64,000 nucleotides of DNA from Octopus sinensis (taxonomy: Eukaryota), in contig NC_043019.1 of NCBI RefSeq assembly GCF_006345805.1, positions 29,325,360 through 29,389,359 of the forward strand, written 5' to 3'. The notes below the pieces were generated by a model. That model worked only from the letters and a program-made list of their open reading frames with translations, had not been told where the DNA came from and searched no databases. This document shows, piece after piece, positions 1-13,991 of the stretch. The first letter of the stretch is position 1. Each line of letters opens with the position of its first letter. The position numbers and the translations under genes are program-made.

Positions 1-1993
1 CTTTTTAACATAGTTCTCTTTAATTAGGGCTGATCTAATGGTAAACAACAACAACAACATGTTCTTCTGGTGTTGCTTTGTTTTGGCACAACCTACTTTT
101 GAAAATTGATGGATTTTTTTTTTTTTTTGTTAATGTTTAATACAAATTAAAATGTCTTTGAGATATCTTAGATAACAAAAACATTTCCTGAAGGACCAAT
201 TAAAAACCATACTGAACAATAATGGAGCCAAATATCTGATTCCTATTTCACAGTGTGCAGTCACAAAAAATTGTTTCTTGTTTTTCTGTTTATCATTAGT
301 ATTATTATCAACTTGTTCAAACAAATAAGTGGTCTTTTATTTTCCCCTAAATATTTATTTTGTCTAAAGATATCATATGCTAACATGTATATGATGAACC
401 ATCATATGAATACAGAAGAAATAAATTGAGATCTTGCAACAGAAAAAAAAACAACAAAGAAGTGGTTACCACCATAATATTGTACATCCGCTTAGTGATT
501 CTCTCAATATTTTAACCAACAATTGACATAATTATTTTTAATTAGATGTTACATGCTCTCAACATTAAACATATTAATGTTAGCTCAACCAAAATATTAA
601 TACTCATTATCTGCTAAAAGTACATTCATACCACCTGTTCTGGAATTATTACTTAGCCATAACTCATACACACAGCCTCCTCCATTTCCTCTTAGTGATC
701 AGTCTAGTTTAGACACATTTATCCAAGATGACAAATCCCAGTGGTGTAGTACTCTCTCTTTCTCTTTGTCTCTCTACAAGAATCTATCCAAATTTTTGGA
801 ATTCGATAGTGTCTCTCATCATATCATACTTGGTAGAATAAAAAAAAACACACACACACATGAACATATTAGATGCATGCCAATTTCAGCAGTGTATATT
901 TAGAGGAAGGGAATAACCCTTTGTAATGCATTAAAGCTTATAGAAGGCCCAACTTCACATACAGGACCTGGGGTGATATTTTTGGGGGAGAAAATAGTGT
1001 CCTACATGCCATTAACTATGGTATCTTAACTTCAAACATAAAAAAAATACAGGAAAAGAAGCACAAAAATTTTTTCAAGTGTTCACAAGGATGTTTGAAT
1101 TTGATGGTAATCTTCGATTAGGGGCCGAGAGATGTTATTTTCCAGGCCTCTGCTCATAAAATATATATATATGTTAGCATACACTCTTATTCAAATTTCA
1201 AAATGACTTAAGTGAATAAGTACAGCAGCAACTACGGCATTCAAACCAAGTCTACCTTGCTGCCTCTGCTGTAGCTATTACCAGAATCAAAGAATCTACA
1301 GACGAGCCAAGAGAAATTTTTGGTCATTCAACATGCAAGAAACAGAAACCATATCTCCCTCACATACGTCATATCAAGTGATCAACCAGACTATCTAATG
1401 TTGTTATACATCACTGGTCACAATGCACTTAGCATCATTTCAGCTTTTGAATGATACCACCTTGCTGGCTAGGTGAGCAGGCTATATATATACCTCGTAT
1501 AGATTACTTATTTTAAGATTGCCAATCAGTCAGTCAGTCTTTCTCGGGATGTAATCTGAGAAGTCTGTATGCACAGTAGCAACACTGTACGAATGTTGGG
1601 ACAGTGTTCCATCATGGATCACCTGTGATCACAGTTTTATTTTGATTATGATTGTAATTGATCTGGGTCTAAGCAACAACAGCAACTTCTCAAATTTCAG
1701 GTTGCAAGCTTAATTTGTTGGCCAGATTACCACCACCTAGCCCTTGGTGTGTCTACAACACATATTCAAACGAGGTCTTCAGTTTAAAGATACATTCCTC
1801 CCACAAATCAAAGAAGCTTTGAAAGGGTTCTGTATATTCCTTTTCCTCTTCTGAGCAGGCCATTAATTAAGACAGACTAAAAAATGATATTTAATCATAA
1901 CATTTGTAACATAAAAATTAAGAAACATTTAGAATTGAAAAAAAAAATCAACAAATAACTTACATCTATATTACATATAACTGTATCTAGACG

Positions 1994-2185
1994 CCATGAT
2001 AGATCATTAGCCACTACACACATTTTTTTCTCTCCTTGTTTTTTCTGTGTCCCTTTCTGTAGAAGATCATAGGCTCGAAACGTAAAAGACTTTTTCTATT
2101 CCTGGGCATTATACTAATACATCTGTTTGTTTTGTACACCACCTGTCTTCGTCTTTTGTTGTTTTTTCCGTAAACTCTCCCTATA
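1994..2185 (+). repeat. Dispersed ~190-bp PLE-terminus-like repeat with a minimal hammerhead-like motif
   Basis: Homologous to 23576-23765. Contains TTTCTGTAGAAGATCATAGGCTCGAAACGTAAAAGA (2054-2089). Confidence 0.6.
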
Positions 2186-2731
2186 TGATTGTATCTAGTT
2201 CCATATAACCGATTCTAGTTCCACATAACATTATCTTGTTTCATATAACTGTGACTCATTTCATTTTACTGTATCCAGTGCTATATGAATGTTGGGTAAC
2301 ACAAGTAGCTGAAATGGAGTTCCAACAAGTGATCTCTGCAGTAATGTTACTCAACAGGATGTACAGCTTGGAGTTCAGCAGGTCCCACCAGGTTCAGCCG
2401 CTACTTCACTGCATTGGGAGGCCACAACTTTGGTACTCAGTCATGTGATTAGAGTATAGCAGGATAGAAACTGAATTGCAAAATAGACTCATCAAGCCAA
2501 ACCAATCGGCAGGTGACCTGGGGCTAGTCCAAGAACAAGATGGTTGCATAATATTCATTTTCTCAGTTGGTCATGCTTTGGGATCCTACAAGAAAGTGCA
2601 ATGAGGGTTATTTCTGATAGGACCCTATGGAGAAGGTGCCAGAGGACTTTACTCTCATGACCCTCCCAGAATTAGTGGGCTGAGAAGATGGATGGATTGA
2701 TAATTATATATAGCTGTACTTAGTATCATAT

Positions 2732-2955
2732 CAAGGCGGCGAGCTGGCAGAATCATTAGCATGCCGGGCGAAATGCGTAACTGTATTTCGTCTGCCGTTA
2801 CGTTCTGAGTTCAAATCCCGCCGAGGTCGACTTTACCTTTCATCCTTTCGGGGTCGATAAATTAAGTACCAGTTACACACTAGGGTCAATGTAATTGACT
2901 TAATCCCTTTGTTTGTCCTCTCTATGTTTAGCCCCTTGTGAGCAATAAAGAAATA
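2732..2955 (+). mobile_element. tRNA-derived SINE, family B
   Basis: GGCGGCGAGCTGGCAG (A-box-like) ... GAGTTCAAATCCCG (B box), with a 17-bp TSD TGTACTTAGTATCATAT (2715-2731 and 2956-2972). Confidence 0.9.
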
Positions 2956-3743
2956 TGTACTTAGTATCATATTACTGTATCCAGTTTTATATCACTCTAC
3001 ATCTCGTGTAACTGTACATAGTTCCATAATATTCCATATTACAATATGTTCTATATCACTGTATCTTATTCCATACTACAACACTGTATTCTATATTATT
3101 GTGTCTAGTTCCTAAATTTCTAAAACAGAAAATAGAATAGCATTTTATAGAAACATACTAGTTGAGGTGTCGGTCTACTAGCTTCCAAAAACAATGGTTC
3201 ATATAATGCTATTTGAGTCTTTTAGTATTGCAGATTATGCGAATTAATCTAATAAGGACATTGACAATTTTACCAATATCCAGACATTCAGTACATGTCA
3301 ATAATATAACAAGAGACACTTGATGAATTGAAAATATATTTCGGCTGATGAAACGTGTAATATATGTGTGTGTGTGTAGTGTTAATCAGTAGATATACAT
3401 ATACATACACAGATAAACACACACATACATGTATATATATATACATATATACGAAACACACATTACACAGACAAACACATATACCTAATTATGTAAATAT
3501 GTGTATAACATATAATAGAAACTAATATTACTAATATAATACCACGGTTTCATCTTTCTGACAAACTGAAAGCTGAAACTTGTAATTGTATTAATAAAGT
3601 TGCAGCTTTGTTAAATTTTATTATTAGTCTATGCTTCATATTGAGCACTTTTTTACTTCTTTTTGAGTGCACCGATGTGCATTCATTCATTTACTCTGTG
3701 TATGTGTGCGCGTGCACACACACGAATGATTCCCGTCACTTAC

Positions 3744-3815
3744 CTTGTCTTCATGTATAAGTCCACCTGGGTTAATTTGCAATGTTTTATACATGATTAC
3801 TGAAGGAATACTGTT
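3744..3815 (-). CDS. Candidate exon (NSIPSVIMYKTLQINPGGLIHEDK)
   Basis: gctgtttctatag acceptor, consensus AAG|gtaagt donor, 72 bp, phase 0-0. Confidence 0.48.
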
Positions 3816-4169
3816 CTATAGAAACAGCGTTGTGGCTTGTTTGATTCTTACATTAATAGACTTCTGTTTTTGCCAACAGATTTTAATCACTATATATTAA
3901 TTATACTCCGTGTACCCAGTGTTAGTTATAGACACACAAGAGATGTAGTGGAATCAGAAGCAGGCTAGCAGAGAAAGCAGGCTTTGTGAGTTGGCAGATG
4001 CACTGGGACAATAAGCACTAAGAAGACACTGGGAGGAATAGATTCTCTGAAATGCTAGGCTGGTTCACTACAAACAGCTGATAGCTTTCATTACCTAGGA
4101 GGCATAATTAGCAGAGGAGGTGGTTGTTTTAAAAGAACAGTAGCTACAGTAGCTACAGTATGAACAAGT

Positions 4170-4545
4170 TGGGAGAAATTCAGGGATTTATCAAATTTGC
4201 TGGCAACAAAGGGCAGATCGATGCTTGTGTTTGAACTGTGGTGCTGTGTGGTTAGTGAGATATGGGCTTTGAATATGGAAGACTTGTGAAGGCTAGAAAG
4301 AAATGAAGCCAGCATACCCCAATGGATGTGTAATCTTAGTGTGCTTGAGTACAAATGAAATGAGAGAAAAATTGTTATAAGGAGAATCAGATGAAGTGTG
4401 CAAAGAGAAAGTTGCACTGATATGAGCAAGTGATCAATATGGAGGATGGTTGTCATACACACCAAGTATTTGGAACCCATAGAAGAAGGGGAATGAGGAT
4501 GACAAGGGACAAAGTAGTGAGGGCTAACCTGAAGATATTGCATTA
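4170..4545 (+). mobile_element. Degenerate RTE LINE ORF C-terminal fragment
   Basis: Frameshifted WALNMEDL.RLERNEAS..WMCNL... and ...TRDKVVRANLKIL, homologous to 26385-26800. Confidence 0.65.
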
Positions 4546-5842
4546 CAAAGAAAAGCAACCACCCTTTGTGAAATGTAGTAGAGACAGAAATTGTAATTTC
4601 TCTCTCGATATAAATGTGTGTGTGTGTGCAAAGAAATGAACTAGCAGAACTGTTAGTACACTGGACAAAATGTGGCTTTTTGTCTATATTTATGTTCTGA
4701 GTTCAAATTCTACTGACATCAATTTTGCCATTCAGGATCAATAAAATAAATATCAGTTGAGTAGTGGGGTTGATACCATTGACTTACTCCATCCCCACAA
4801 ACATGCTGGCCACATGCCAAAATTTGAAACCAGTTTGTGTGTGTGTGTGTGTGGAGAGAGAGAGATGATTGAGTTTGTGTATACATATACATGTATTTTT
4901 TCTCCTGACCGGCTACTCGTTTTTATATTTTTTGCTCACCTTTAATACTGTTTTTCTTTACTGTTTCTCCCACTTACCTATATCATATTCACACCTAATC
5001 ACCTTCCTCTCCCACACCTCCAAACCACACATCCCTACCTAATCACCCATACTCTACACATCTCCCCCCTATGCCCATCCTCCTACACATATACCCATCT
5101 ATACCTGCACACAACACCCTGCCTCTTTCTCTCTAACTCCTCCTCATAGAACTACATTCTCAATCAGCACCTAATTTTTTCTTCTTCCTTCCTTTCCCTT
5201 ATTTTTTTCATTTTTCCAATGAAGGACTAGAGTCCAAAACATTAAGAACTCTTCCCCCTTTCTTTTCAAGCATTATAGCAATAACACCTTTGCTAAAACT
5301 TGTTAAAACTTGTTTGCTCATTCATCATATACAAACATACATTTGTATCTTGCCAAGCTTACATTTGCTGTCACTCTTTGCACCCCTGATCCCTTCTATC
5401 TTATCTGTTGAACATCTTCCTTCTTTTACAAGTCCCCTTTATTCACTTCAAATATCTTGTTTTCCCTATCAGTCATACACCTCTGTCTCTGATCTCTCCA
5501 CCACCCGTGAAGCTATCCGTTGGTTATGGCAATAAGTGTTTGTATTGATCTGATCAATGGAACAGCCTGCTCATGAAATTAACGTGCAAATGGCTGAGCA
5601 CTCCACAGACACGTGAACCCTTAACGCCATTCTCAGAGAGATTCAGCATGACATAGAACACAGAATGTGACATGGCTGGCCCTTCTGAATTACAAATACT
5701 ACTCAAATTTGCCAACTGAGCAGACTGGAATAATGACGAATAAAATGTCTTGCTGAAGGGCACAACATGCTACCAAAAATCGAACTCGCAACCTTATGAT
5801 CATGAGCTGAATAACCTAACTAAGCCATTGCACCTTCACATA

Positions 5843-6232
5843 GGTGCAGGAGTGGCTGTGTGGTTAGTAGCTTGTTTACCAACCACATGGTTCTGGGTTC
5901 AGTCCCACTGCATGGCACCTTGGGCAAGTGTCTTCTACTATAGCCTTGGGCCGACCAAAGCCTTGTGAGTGGATTTGGTAAATGGAAACTGAAAGAAGCC
6001 CGTCGTATATATGTGTGTGTGTGAGTTTGTATGTCTGTTTGTCGCCCCAACATCGCTTGACAGCCGATGCTGGTGTGTTTATGTCCCCATCACTTAGCGG
6101 TTTGGCAAAGAGACCGATAGAATAAGTACTGGGTTTACAAAGAATAAGTCCTGGGGTCGAGTTGCTCGATTAAAGGCGGTGCTCCAGCATGGCCGCAGTC
6201 AAATGACTGAAACAAGTAAAAAAGTAAAGAGT
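5843..6232 (+). mobile_element. tRNA-derived SINE, family A (internal TA/TG microsatellite)
   Basis: GCAGGAGTGGCTGTGTGG...GGGTTCAGTCCCACTG...GCACCTTGGGCAAGTGTC...GACTGAAACAAGTAAAAAAGT; one of more than 10 copies in the window. Confidence 0.85.
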
Positions 6233-8665
6233 AATGCAAAAATACCCTGCAGACCACAACTGTAAAATAGAAATAAAATTTTTTCAAATTTATTCTTTCT
6301 GTGTAGCCCAAAACCAAATGAACCATGGTTGGTGGTTAGGAAACCCTCTACACAGCAGATCACCCATACCACTCTGTCCTTCCCTTTCTCACTAACAGCT
6401 GACAGAAAATCTCTTCCTTTTCCCATCCATACTCTCTTATATTGTGTCTGTACAGTTACCCTCTCCACCATCATCTTCTCACAACTATGAATCTGTTCTC
6501 ATCATACAATACCATTTATCACAATCCCACATAGAATCATCACTCTCACTCTCTGATTCTCATTCAATTATAGAAATCTCTTTAGTTCCTTCAGTCTTGC
6601 AAAGTTGCAAGGCAATTTCACAAGTGCTAGTATCATGGAAGAAAGCATCCATTACACTCTATAAAGTTATTGGTGTTTGGAAAGGCACCCAGCCATAGAA
6701 ACCATGCCAAACAAACATTGGTGCATGATGCAGTCCTCCAACTTGGTGGATTCTGTTGAACTGTCCAGCATGGAAAGCAAATGTTAAATGATGATGATGA
6801 GTGGTGGTACAATTATATTACTGCCTAAAATATATTCAATAACATGCATTCATTATATTTTTGCACAAACTGCTTCACAAAATGATGTTGACAAACTTCA
6901 GTTAGCCCATTACTCAGAAATGTTCAAGCCAAGTTGAGCTTTCTAATTTGTTTTCACAAAAATATGCTTTTTTTTTTTTTTTCATTTTACAAAATACTGT
7001 ACTAATTAATTCTAAATGAATTGCTTTCCTAATTGGTAATTTTGCCAATGCCTATTACAGTGGTTTTAGATTTTCATCTTAAGCTAAAAAGTTAAGCTAA
7101 AAAAAAGAAACAAGTTTCAATAGCAGTTATTATTGCCTGTGACCTTCTCCATAAAAAGATGTACTCCTATGCAAAATTTCAGCTACCTAGGTACCAAACT
7201 AAGGTTTACAAACTGGAAAGAAAGAAAGGAAGGAAGGAAGATGGGGGTCGATGGTCTAAACATACATTCATACATTCACTTTTAAATATTAAGATTTGAA
7301 GAAATGCCAATATCATTAGTAGCCCCTTAATATTCCAGCATCTAGGGCTGACATTTAATGCTTGAAACCTACAACTTGGAACATACATCCATTTACTTTA
7401 TACATTAAGATAAAATTCAAGGTTGTTGTTGTTGTTCTTAAGACCTATATCAGCCCCGAATGAGCTGTCATATGACTAAAAACATTCAAGCTATGACTTA
7501 ATATCACCTTTTATCAGACAAAATCCAACATGTTCTTTAATTTTAAAACAACAGCATGTGACACAAAGGACATATGGCTGCTAATTCTAGCACATCAAGC
7601 AATCACATCTCAGCTCGAGTAAAACTATGTTGTTGAGGTTTAGCCCCGGGGCAGCTGTGATTGAAGAGACCTATGATAAATGGCTGAGTGGTAAGAAGCT
7701 TGCTTCCCAAACTTGTGAGTGGATTTGGTAGAGAGAAACTGAAAGAAGCCTGTCATATGTATGTGCGTGTGTGTCTGTGTGTGTGTGTGTGTGTCCGTGT
7801 GTGTGTTTGTCACTGCTGGCCCCACACCGCTTGACAACCAGTACTGGTGTGTTTACAGCTCCAGAGCTTTGTGATTCTGCAAAAGAAACCAATAGGACAA
7901 GTACCAAGTACTGGGGTCAATATATTAAACTACAAATTCTTCAGGGCAGTACCCCAGCATGGCCACAGTCTGACGACTGAAACAAGTAAAAGATAAAAGG
8001 TATTCCAACCATAACTATACTGCTTTCAATTAAAACAATATATTTAGGATTAGATTATCTCTCAAGTTCTTCCATTGTTCAAATGGCAGAAGTGTGAGAG
8101 TTGAGGAACATCTAGCTGCTATTTCTTGCAGATTGATCGATCATGTAGATGCTCCCTTATTCACTTGAAGGCAATAATGTAGTTTCAAATGCTGAAGAAT
8201 ACAACAGATATTCCATTCCCACAGCATCAAATCCAATATTTCAAGAGATTTTTTTCCAATAAAACACAAACATCAATTTTTTTTTCATTTTTTTTTCCCC
8301 CTTTTGTTAATAGAAACCTGGAATACTAAATGAAATAAAGATAGAAGATGGCAGGGAGCCTAGAAGAAAACTCACTTTTGAAATTCTGATTCCCTGAATA
8401 TCGATCATCCCTGATGTGTTACTACTTGCGACCCATCATAATATCATTATCGATAAAGGTTTACAGATACAATTTAATAAGCTCTAACTACTACTACTAC
8501 TACTTCTAATATAATAATAATAATAATAATAAAAACAACAGTAACAATAACAACAAGAACAAGAACAACAACAATAATAATAAAAATAAAATATAGAGAA
8601 AAATTATTAGAAAAAAAGAGAAAAACAAATTTATCAAATTTTCAACGGGGAAAATATATTTTTAC

Positions 8666-8708
8666 CTTCTGGGTTAAGAAGAAGAAAGAAAGGAGAAATA
8701 CAACACAC
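8666..8708 (-). CDS. Candidate exon (CVVFLLSFFFLTQK)
   Basis: tttttccattgccag acceptor, AAG|gtaaaa donor, phase 2-0, with an 80-bp upstream intron. Confidence 0.38.
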
Positions 8709-8788
8709 CTGGCAATGGAAAAATACTACTACTTCCATAAATTCTTCTTTGATTCCCTATAAAATCTATTGATACCTACAGGGCTTAC

Positions 8789-8831
8789 ACAAGACAGAAG
8801 CTGCTATGTTGTATGAACATACCTAACATAT
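8789..8831 (-). CDS. Candidate exon (MLGMFIQHSSFCL)
   Basis: actatttcag acceptor, gtaagc donor, phase 1-2. Confidence 0.35.
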
Positions 8832-9412
8832 CTGAAATAGTTTATTTGAAGATTACATGAATGATGAGAGAATATTTTGTGAAGTATTAACCTGCTACGA
8901 TATTACACAGAACACAAAACTTACTATGAAGTTCTTCAGCATCATATTTTTTTTTTTATGTTTACAGTGTATGCATATGTGTGTGTGTGTGTGTGTATAT
9001 GTGTATGCCCATTCATGCTACCATGTTGGATGGTCTTGCAGAAGTTATGCGCTTCTAATAATGAAACAGGTGAAGACTGTTGTTGTTTAGCTCTAAGACA
9101 ATCTTGACCAAGTAGACATATGATTAAAGGCAACCTGTTTTCTTTTCATGAATCATGTACTTAGGAGTGCATTATCTAATGTATCTTCAGAAGATGACAG
9201 AATGCAGCTTGAGGGAGCATTTGGCTGCTATTTTTAGCAGGACAAGTGACTACACAGGTTGCCTCATTGGTTCAAGAATCAAAAGTATTAGTGTTATTTC
9301 TTGTAGAATTTGACTGGCACCCTATCAGCTATGACAATGGGTGTTCCGATTGATCTGATCAATGGAACAGTCTGCTTGTGAAATTAATGTGCAAGTGACA
9401 GACACTTGTACC

Positions 9413-9593
9413 TATTTCTTTATTACCCACAAGGAGCTAAACATAGAGGGGACAAACAAGGACAGACATAGGTATTAAGTCGATTACATCGACCCCAGTG
9501 CGTAACTGGTACTTAATTTATCGACCCCGAAAGTATGAAAGGCAGAGTCGACCTCAGCAGAATTTGAACTCACAACTTAACGACAGACGAAAT
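9413..9593 (-). mobile_element. 5'-truncated SINE family B nested in another SINE
   Basis: 21-bp TSD CAAGTGACAGACACTTGTACC (9392-9412 and 9594-9614). The host element is homologous to 5545-5835. Confidence 0.85.
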
Positions 9594-10181
9594 CAAGTGA
9601 CAGACACTTGTACCCTTAACGTAGTTCTCGGAGATTCAGCATGACACAGAGCTGACAAGGGTGGCCCTCTGAATTACTGGTACAATTAATTTTTTCCAAA
9701 TGAATGGACAAGAGCAATGTGAAATAAAACGTTTTGCTCATCAAAGATGCAATGCACTGCCAGGAATTGAACTCACAACCTCATGACAGAGAACTGAATA
9801 CCCTAACCACTAAGTCATGTGCCTTCACTCATGCAGAACTTAAATCTTTTAATATGTGATTAGAATGTCACAGAAAGGAATCACAAGACAGATCCTTTGA
9901 GCCAATCCTACAAGCAGAAGACTTAGAGGGCAGACCAAAAGAGACGGTTGGATAATATCTTCAGTTACAGATGGTCATACTTGCGAATCCAGTAGGAAGA
10001 GACAATGAAAGTTGCTTCTGATAGGACCCTATGGAGGAACTGGTTGAGGACTCTACCCTCATGACCTTCCTTAGAAAAGTTGGTAGAGAAGATGGAAGGA
10101 TGGGTGAATATGAAGGGGAGAGGGGAAATTATTCCCAAATGGATGATGTAATGAAGTCAGACAAGGAAATTAGGAACTCTA

Positions 10182-10405
10182 ATCATCATCATCATTGTTT
10201 GACCGTGGTCAAGACAATAGAATTTACTATGCTACGCCAGACTTCACGGCCTATCGTAGCATTATGGAGGTCCTGTTGCTGGATGCCTGTATCCCTGGAG
10301 ATTACATCAGGGTAGGAGAGTGTGTGCCCTCTGGTATTGCGAGCAGATGGCTTCCAGAGGAGAAGAGTAGAAATTACCTCATTTTCAGCTCTACAACAAT
10401 GTCGA
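10182..10405 (-). mobile_element. LINE (RTE-like) 3' end with (ATG)n tail
   Basis: Minus ORF HCCRAENEVISTLLLWKP...RGHTLSYPDVISRDTG...REVWRSIV ends directly at a (GAT)n tail. Confidence 0.7.
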
Positions 10406-10787
10406 CCATCTCTGAAGAAATTCAGCAAACTCCCTCTCACCACAGCTTAGGAAGTTTCCAAGTAGTGGTTCAAAGTGCTAGAAATAGGAAGCAAATCTTT
10501 CTTGAATAACAACTCTGTCAGCTTAAAATGGAAGGAAACATTAGACAATGTGGTTCTAGAAATCGAAAAAAAAGATGGAATAGCAATGGCTGAAATGACT
10601 TTGTATACAAATGCAAGGTTGTGTGTGTGTGTGTGTGAGATTGTGTGTGTGTATGTGTATGTGTGTGTGTGTGAGACCATCCTTATGTTAACGTGAAGAT
10701 GTGTGGTTTAGTGGGTAGTGTATTCTGTTTCTGATTATAAGGCCTTGAGTTTGATTCTCGTTGGCACCACCTTTAGTCAAGAAAATT

Positions 10788-11090
10788 GACCCTAGAGCTT
10801 ATTCTTTGTAAGCCTAGTACTTATTCCATTCTCTTTTGCCGAACTGCTAAGTTATGGGGACATAAACACACCAGTATTGGTTGTCAAGCGATGTTGGGGG
10901 TGGGGAACAAACACACACATACATATATGATGGGCTTCTTCCAGTTTCCATCTACCAAATCCACTCACAAGGCTTTGGTTGGCCCGAGGCTATAGTAGAA
11001 GACACTTGCCCAGGGTGCCACACAGTGGGACTGAACCCAGAACCATGTGGTTGGTAAGCAAGCTACTTACCACACATCCACTCCTGCGCC
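10788..11090 (-). mobile_element. SINE family A (3'-partial)
   Basis: Reverse complement of the 5843-6232 family. Confidence 0.8.
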
Positions 11091-11362
11091 TATTATTTGC
11101 ACATTAATTTTACAAATACGCTACCCCATTGAATGAATCAGCTAGAACACTCATCACCATAACTGCTGGAGTGCCAGACTTTTTGTCTCTTGGGATTTTT
11201 TTCTTTAGCTTATGTTACTGTATTTGACATGACTATGTCAGAAGTACTGTGACTTAGCAACTCAATAAAACAGAGACTTATAAAAATGAATGCTAAAGTG
11301 AAATATGTACTGGGGGTTGTCTATATATGATTGACTATAAATCACTGAAAATAGTGCCTTAC

Positions 11363-11453
11363 TCTGCCCCCAGTTCCACAGTTGAAGAGTGAAAGAAAAC
11401 AAAAGGAAATTTAAGCTAAACGTAAGAATCAGAGGGATCCGCTGCAGGTCTGT
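11363..11453 (-). CDS. Candidate exon (TDLQRIPLILTFSLNFLLFSFTLQLWNWGQ)
   Basis: aatgcag acceptor, gtaagg donor, phase 0-1. Confidence 0.42.
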
Positions 11454-12029
11454 CTGCATTGACCACAAGTAATCCAAAAGATATTTTATTTTTATTTATT
11501 TATTTTATTTCATCTAGTTTCAGCTCACGAGCTGTGGCCATGCTGGGGCACCACCATTTATGTGATGGCATTAAAAACAAATAAATAAATAAATAAATAA
11601 CAAATAACAATAAATAAATGTAATGTAAAAGCAATGGCTGTGCGGGGAAAATATAAAGAAGAATGAGTTGATGGCTATCCTTTCCCTCGCAGCATTTACA
11701 TTTATATTAGATTTGTATTATATTTATTCATTTTATTACTATTACATTTCCATTTTATGCACACTCTCTCTCTCACACACACACACACACACAATACTGA
11801 TTATCACTGTCAGATAAACTGGACAATGAAGACACTTCCCTCAGTTTAGTAATATTATATAACATAACTGCTAAGGTGTTGTGTTTAGTTTTACCTCTTT
11901 GCATTCATCATCCTCATCATCGCCATCATCATTTTAATGTCCACTTTTTCATGCTTGCATAGGCAGGATGGAATTTATTGAGGTAGGTTTTCAATGACCA
12001 GATGATCTTCCTGTTGCCAACCCTTGTCT

Positions 12030-12256
12030 GCTGGCAGAATCGTTAGCACGCTGGGTGAAATACTTAGTGGTATTTCGTCTGCCGCTGCGTTCTGAGTTCA
12101 AATTCCGCCGAGGTCGATTTTGCCTTTCATCTTTTCGGGGTCGATAAATTAAGTACCAGTTATGCACTGGGGTCGATGTAACCGACTTAATCCCTTTGTC
12201 TGTGCTTGTTTGTCCCCTCTATGTTTAGCCCCTTGTGGGCAATAAAAAAAAAAAAC
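12030..12256 (+). mobile_element. SINE family B
   Basis: Homologous to 2732-2955, with an A-tail and TSD AACCCTTGTCTG. Confidence 0.85.
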
Positions 12257-12700
12257 AAACCCTTGTCTGTTTCCAAACGAAGGAATATTTCCACATAGTC
12301 AGACATGTTTATGCAGAATATGGGAAATATTTACAACATTAAGCAATGTCAAGACAAGGGAACAGAGACATACATACACACAAATATATGTACACACACA
12401 CACACACAATGGGCCCTTTTCAGTTTCCACCAACCAAATCCACTCACAAGGCTTTGATCAGTCCAGGGCAATAGTAAAAGATAATTGCCCAAAGTGCCAG
12501 GCACGGGAACTGAACCTGCATCCATATGGTTTGGATGCAACCCTGCACCTTTTCTCATTTTAAGTTCTATCCTTTATTCCGCTTTTTATTCTTTTGACAT
12601 AGATAAAAAAAAAGTAGCAGTTATAAATTTAAAGAAGGCAATTTTAATCAACTATATCCTATTCCAAAATTTAAGGACTCGTGCCTATGTCGGCACTTAA

Positions 12701-12921
12701 CCCTTTCGTTACCAACCCGGCTGAAACCGGCTCTGGCTCTTTAGTACAAATGTCTGGTTTTCAAAAGTTTTGAATTAAAATCTTCCACCAAACCTTAGTC
12801 ACAATTTATGTTCCTAAAACTAGCTTAATGATAACAATGTTATTTTACTAAATTCTTTGCTATATTTAAAATAATTGGAAGAAACACAGAGCACCTGAAA
12901 ATAAATACAGTAACGAAAGGG
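12701..12921. mobile_element. piggyBac-type MITE
   Basis: TTAA|CCCTTTCGTTAC ... GTAACGAAAGGG|TTAA: perfect 12-bp TIRs with a TTAA TSD. Confidence 0.85.
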
Positions 12922-13771
12922 TTAATATTATGATCTAGTTAGGACCCCTAAATTCTGAGTGCAAATCCTGTTGAGGCTAATTTCACCTTTCCTCTCTCTG
13001 GGGACAATAAAATAAAGTATCACTCATGAACAGTTGACCTTAATTGACTATGCCATTCCCAAAATTTAATGTTAAATCACCCAATTTCATGGACATCATC
13101 TCCTTTACAACACTCAGCTTCCTGAGCTTGCAACTAATTCGCATGTCTATTTCAGTCTTCTTCTTCTTCCGCAGGTTTCTTCTGCTTGGATAGCTTTCAT
13201 ACTTTCCCACCCAACTACCATTGCTTCATATACATATTTGATGGCAGCCCCATCATAGTCTTCTGCAGACAATGGCTTGACATGTATTTCTAAGTCAATG
13301 CTCTGCATAAACGAGGTTCCAACAGGAAAGAATGTTCACTCAGCGTCCAACACCTAAATGACTTCACAGTTGTTACAGTTGAATCCTTTTAGAATGAGCT
13401 AACAAAAGATCCTTTATGCGATTGCTTAACATGTTAAAAATAACAGCATAATCTACCACAAATCATGCTCTGCTGTCTAGAAAGAGAAAAAGGAGTCAGG
13501 GCAAAGAGAACAGAGTAGTCAAAGTTATACAAAAAAAAAACAAACAAGGTAGTCATAGTGAGAATGACTTTGATTATAGGTCTGCTTAATTCTGATTTTG
13601 GCATAAAGCCAGCAGGGAAGGAGCAAGACAATTAATTCAACCCCAGTATTTGACCGATATTCTATTCCGTCAATCCTAAAAGGATGAAAAGCAAAGCTGA
13701 CTCTGGTAGCACCTGAACTCAGAACAAAAGGGAGAAAATAACCACAGCTGAAATGGTTTCAAAAATATACC

Positions 13772-13991
13772 TATTTCTTTATTACCCAGAAAGGACAAAC
13801 AGGGACAGACATAGGTATTAAGTCGATTACATCGACCCCTGTGAGTAACTACTGGTACTTAATTTATCGACCCCGAAAGGATGAAAGGCAAAGTCGACCT
13901 CGGCGGAATTTGAACTCAGAACGTAACGGCAGACAAAATACCGCTAAGCATTTTGCCCGACATGCTAACGCTTCTGCCAGCTCACCACCTT
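13772..13991 (-). mobile_element. SINE family B
   Basis: Reverse-complement copy with TSD AAAATATACCT. Confidence 0.85.

Noticed and set aside
130-324. 64-aa minus ORF as a terminal exon of the host gene
   Set aside because: No convincing splice acceptor and no recognisable homology.
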